Assembly: GCA_046758365.1 (NCBI GenBank)
Contig: JBHIAC010000061.1
Location: forward strand, 1-17,384
Direction: 5' to 3'
From: a bacterium
Lineage (GTDB): Bacteria > Zhuqueibacterota > Zhuqueibacteria > Oceanimicrobiales > Oceanimicrobiaceae
DNA: 17,384 nt
Below, piece after piece: positions 14,452 to 17,384 of the stretch; within the stretch, counting starts at the first letter, position 1; the number at the start of each line of letters is the position of its first letter. The notes beneath the pieces are model-generated. The model searched no databases and was not told the origin of the DNA. It was given only the letters and a program-made list of their open reading frames with translations. The position numbers were made by a program, and so were the translations under genes.

Positions 14452-16779
14452 ATGTTTAAGACTTTTCAATATAAGGTCCTCATTTTATTAATCTTATTTT
14501 TATTGCCTTTCTTTCCAGAAAAATCTCTCGCACAGATTGCCTCTAAGAAATCGGTTAAACTTCTTGGTTTAACAGTAAAAGGCAATACAACGGCTGATGC
14601 AAACTTTATTAAATTAAATTCTGGATTGGTTGAGAATGAAAATATTACCGGTGAAGACATCCAGAAAGCTATCAAGCAGCTTTGGAGTCTAAACATGTTT
14701 TCTGATATTCAAGTATTATTGGATAAAGAAGTCGGAAATACTGTACATATTACCATTAAAGTCAAAGAATATCCACGTCTTGAAAAAGTTGAATTAGAGG
14801 GGAATAAGAAAATCAAAAAGAAAGATTTAGAGAAAGAACTTGATTTTTACAGAGGACAGGTAATTGGACCTATTGATATTAAAAGAGCCCAAAAGAAGAT
14901 AAAGAAATTATATGCAGAAAAAGGATATCTCTTAGCCGAAGTTGAACCAAAGATAAGGAAAGGAGAGCAAGAAAGAAAAGTCACACTCCGTCTAAAAATC
15001 AAAGAAGGCAATAAGGTTCAAATCGAAAGGATTACCTTTCATGGCAATGAAGCCTTTTCGGACAAAAAACTTAGAAAACAATTAAAAAAGACAAAAGAAA
15101 ATGGCTTTTTAAAGGGGGGAGATTTTGATCCAGAGAAATATCAGGAAGATTTAAAAAAATTGACTGATTTTTACCGCAAGGAAGGTTTTAGAGACTTTGA
15201 AGTGATAGAGGATTCCATTTCTTACGGACCGAACAAAAAAGATATGTATTTAGACATTTGGGTGCGAGAAGGAATCAAATACTATTTTGGCGAAATTATT
15301 TGGCAAGGAAATAAACTTTACACAGTGGAGCAACTAAATTCCATCTTAGATTTTCAAACAGGCGATGTCTATAATAAAGAAAAAATTGAAAAGGCTGTTT
15401 TTGAACGGATTGGAAATCTATATTATGATGCCGGCTACATTTATGCTACCGTTACACCTCAAGAAAAACCTGTGAGTAAAGACACGGTCGATATTCATTT
15501 TCGAGTAATTGAAGGAAATGCTGTTAAAATAAATAAAATTCACATAACCGGAAACACCAAAACAAAAGAAAAAGTTATTCGTCGAGAACTTAAAATTCGA
15601 CCCGGAGACACTTTTAGTAGAGAGGCGCTTATTCGAAGCCAAAGAGATGTTTTTATTCTAAATTACTTTGCAGACGTTAAACCGGATGTTCAGCCCATAA
15701 ACGATGAATTGGTTGATATTGTATTAGAAGTAGAAGAGAAGTCCACCGACACAGCTAACATGTCTGCTGGCTTTAGTGAACGGGATAGGTTCATCGGAAG
15801 CATCGGCGTGACCATGAACAATTTTTTTGGCAATGGCCAGATTCTCAGCTTTGACTGGAATTTTGGCAGAGCATTTAGGTCTTTTCAAATAAGTTTTACC
15901 GAACCCTGGTTTCTTGATACGCCTACATTGGTTGGGATCAGCCTATACGACACCAAACGCGATAGCCGCTTCATCGGATATGATCAACGCAGCCAAGGAG
16001 CGAACGTCCGATTGGGCCGTAGACTCCGTTGGCCTGATAACTTTTTCCGGGCCGATTGGATTTACAGGATAGACAAAACCAACCTTTCCAATTTTTCTGA
16101 TACGATTATACAATTTAATCCTAACGGAATTGTATCTCAAGATTGGCCCCTGGTAACCAGTGGTTTCACCCAAATAATTTCTAGAAACAGTTTAGATCGT
16201 CCTGAGTTCCCAACTTCAGGTTCAAGATTTTCTATCTCTACCGAACTGGCCGGCGGGCCTTTGGGTGGCACGGTGAATTTCCATAAACACATCATTCAAA
16301 ACGATTGGTTTTCACCTATTTTTCTTAATTTTGTGCTGTTTAATAGTTTTCAAGCTGGCTTTATTGAAGGATTTGGCAAAGATGTAGACAATATTCCATT
16401 TCTTGAATTCTTCTTCATGGGTGGAGAAGGGCTATCCCGATCAATCCCTTTGCGTGGTTATGATGATCCATTGTCTGGGCGTGTTACTCAGGAAGGTGGC
16501 AAGGTGATGTTTAAATATGCCACAGAGCTACGCTTTCCAATTGCTCCAAACCCCACGATATTTGGTTTGGCTTTTGCCGAGGCCGGTAACACCTGGAAAA
16601 GTCTTGGTGAAACCGACCTTTTTGATTTACGACGATCAGTAGGCGTTGGGGTACGAATTTTTATGCCCATGCTTGGAATTATTGGTTTTGACTACGCCTA
16701 TGGTTTTGACAACATTGACCCAACAACCGGTAAAAAGGGCCAGTGGAAACCCCACTTTGTATTTGGTCGAAGTTTCTAA
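14452..16779 (+). CDS. bamA: Outer membrane protein assembly factor BamA (Omp85)
   Basis: Signal peptide and five POTRA-like repeats (VKGN, LEGNKK, FHGNEAF, WQGNKLY, ITGNTKTKEKVIRREL). Barrel motifs NNFFGNGQ, FTEPW, LRGY (loop 6) and C-terminal HFVFGRSF. Start moved from GTG 14443 to ATG 14452 because SD TAAGGAG (14437-14443) lies 8 nt before that ATG. Confidence 0.95.
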   Translation: MFKTFQYKVLILLILFLLPFFPEKSLAQIASKKSVKLLGLTVKGNTTADANFIKLNSGLVENENITGEDIQKAIKQLWSLNMFSDIQVLLDKEVGNTVHITIKVKEYPRLEKVELEGNKKIKKKDLEKELDFYRGQVIGPIDIKRAQKKIKKLYAEKGYLLAEVEPKIRKGEQERKVTLRLKIKEGNKVQIERITFHGNEAFSDKKLRKQLKKTKENGFLKGGDFDPEKYQEDLKKLTDFYRKEGFRDFEVIEDSISYGPNKKDMYLDIWVREGIKYYFGEIIWQGNKLYTVEQLNSILDFQTGDVYNKEKIEKAVFERIGNLYYDAGYIYATVTPQEKPVSKDTVDIHFRVIEGNAVKINKIHITGNTKTKEKVIRRELKIRPGDTFSREALIRSQRDVFILNYFADVKPDVQPINDELVDIVLEVEEKSTDTANMSAGFSERDRFIGSIGVTMNNFFGNGQILSFDWNFGRAFRSFQISFTEPWFLDTPTLVGISLYDTKRDSRFIGYDQRSQGANVRLGRRLRWPDNFFRADWIYRIDKTNLSNFSDTIIQFNPNGIVSQDWPLVTSGFTQIISRNSLDRPEFPTSGSRFSISTELAGGPLGGTVNFHKHIIQNDWFSPIFLNFVLFNSFQAGFIEGFGKDVDNIPFLEFFFMGGEGLSRSIPLRGYDDPLSGRVTQEGGKVMFKYATELRFPIAPNPTIFGLAFAEAGNTWKSLGETDLFDLRRSVGVGVRIFMPMLGIIGFDYAYGFDNIDPTTGKKGQWKPHFVFGRSF

Positions 16780-16814
16780 ATTTATACATTTAATTACATT
16801 TTATGGAGGTAAGC

Positions 16815-17381
16815 GTGAAAAGCTTTAAATTTTATTTGTTTATAGCGGTTGTTTTAACAGTCACATTGGCTTTTGGAAATCGCCCCGCTTCTGCTCAGTT
16901 AAAAATAGGTTATATCAATTCTAACAAAATTTTAGAAACTTACAAAGAAGCTGTCGATGTGAGGAAACAACTTCAGGAAATTAATGCGCAATGGGAAAAT
17001 GAAGCAAAAGATATGCAGAAAGAAATACAAGAACTACTAGATCAATTGGAGTCTCAAAGTTTACTTCTAAGTGATGAAAGGAAACAGGCAAAACAGCAAG
17101 AAATTCAAAATCTCAACCTCAAGTATCAGCGATTTTTACAGGAAAAGTGGGGCCCCCAGGGAGAATTAGCGAAAAAGGAAGCTGAATTATTAAAACCAGT
17201 CTTCGATAAAATTAATGAAGCCATTCGTAAAATTGGAAATTCCGAAGGGTTTAGCTATATATTTGATGTAATAAACTCAAATATTCTTTTTGCTTCCGAA
17301 GATCAACCGGATCTCACAGACCGACTTTTCGATGAATTAAATAAAGGCCTTCCGGCTCAGTCAAATCCGAAAGGGAAATAA
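16815..17381 (+). CDS. skp: Periplasmic chaperone Skp / OmpH
   Basis: Signal peptide ...PASA/Q, motif KIGYINSNKIL, long coiled coil, then GFSYIFD and DLTD. It follows bamA. Start set at GTG 16815 because SD GGAGG (16805-16809) overlaps the ORF-track ATG 16803. Stop TAA at 17379-17381. Confidence 0.92.
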   Translation: MKSFKFYLFIAVVLTVTLAFGNRPASAQLKIGYINSNKILETYKEAVDVRKQLQEINAQWENEAKDMQKEIQELLDQLESQSLLLSDERKQAKQQEIQNLNLKYQRFLQEKWGPQGELAKKEAELLKPVFDKINEAIRKIGNSEGFSYIFDVINSNILFASEDQPDLTDRLFDELNKGLPAQSNPKGK

Positions 17382-17384
17382 ATA

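Noticed and set aside
587..16828. Remaining short ORFs (60-110 aa) nested in or antisense to the main genes, e.g. 587-787, 907-1122, 1639-1971, 4741-4947, 9464-9727, 12774-12995, 13280-13558, 16646-16828
   Set aside because: They lie largely or fully within strongly supported CDSs and show no motifs or convincing ribosome-binding sites.

Overview
This is an AT-rich bacterial chromosomal segment from a diderm (Gram-negative type) organism. The uppS-bamA-skp gene order and the protein styles suggest an FCB-group lineage such as KSB1, Calditrichota or Ignavibacteriota, which is inference only. I can support 13 CDSs in three blocks. (+) A 5'-truncated DAO-family FAD oxidoreductase, a retropepsin-like aspartic protease and a secreted M64 metallopeptidase. 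(-) An OmpA-domain coiled-coil protein, panC, a small beta-rich secreted hypothetical protein, a LytR_C-domain membrane protein, mtnA and a TPR lipoprotein. (+) uppS, a 1370-aa TamB/AsmA-like protein, bamA and skp. I see no rRNA, tRNA, CRISPR array, transposase or integrase. Most of the window is housekeeping or envelope biogenesis, and I cannot honestly claim a clearly new multi-gene system. The best unexplained signals are: a ~200-bp nested palindromic element (inverted 7-bp tandem arrays around a MITE-like inverted-repeat core) at 5269-5470; a 12-bp direct repeat bracketing the beta-rich hypothetical gene; a terminator-like hairpin abutting the LytR_C ribosome-binding site; and the uppS-tamB-bamA-skp operon with an ECF-like promoter before bamA.
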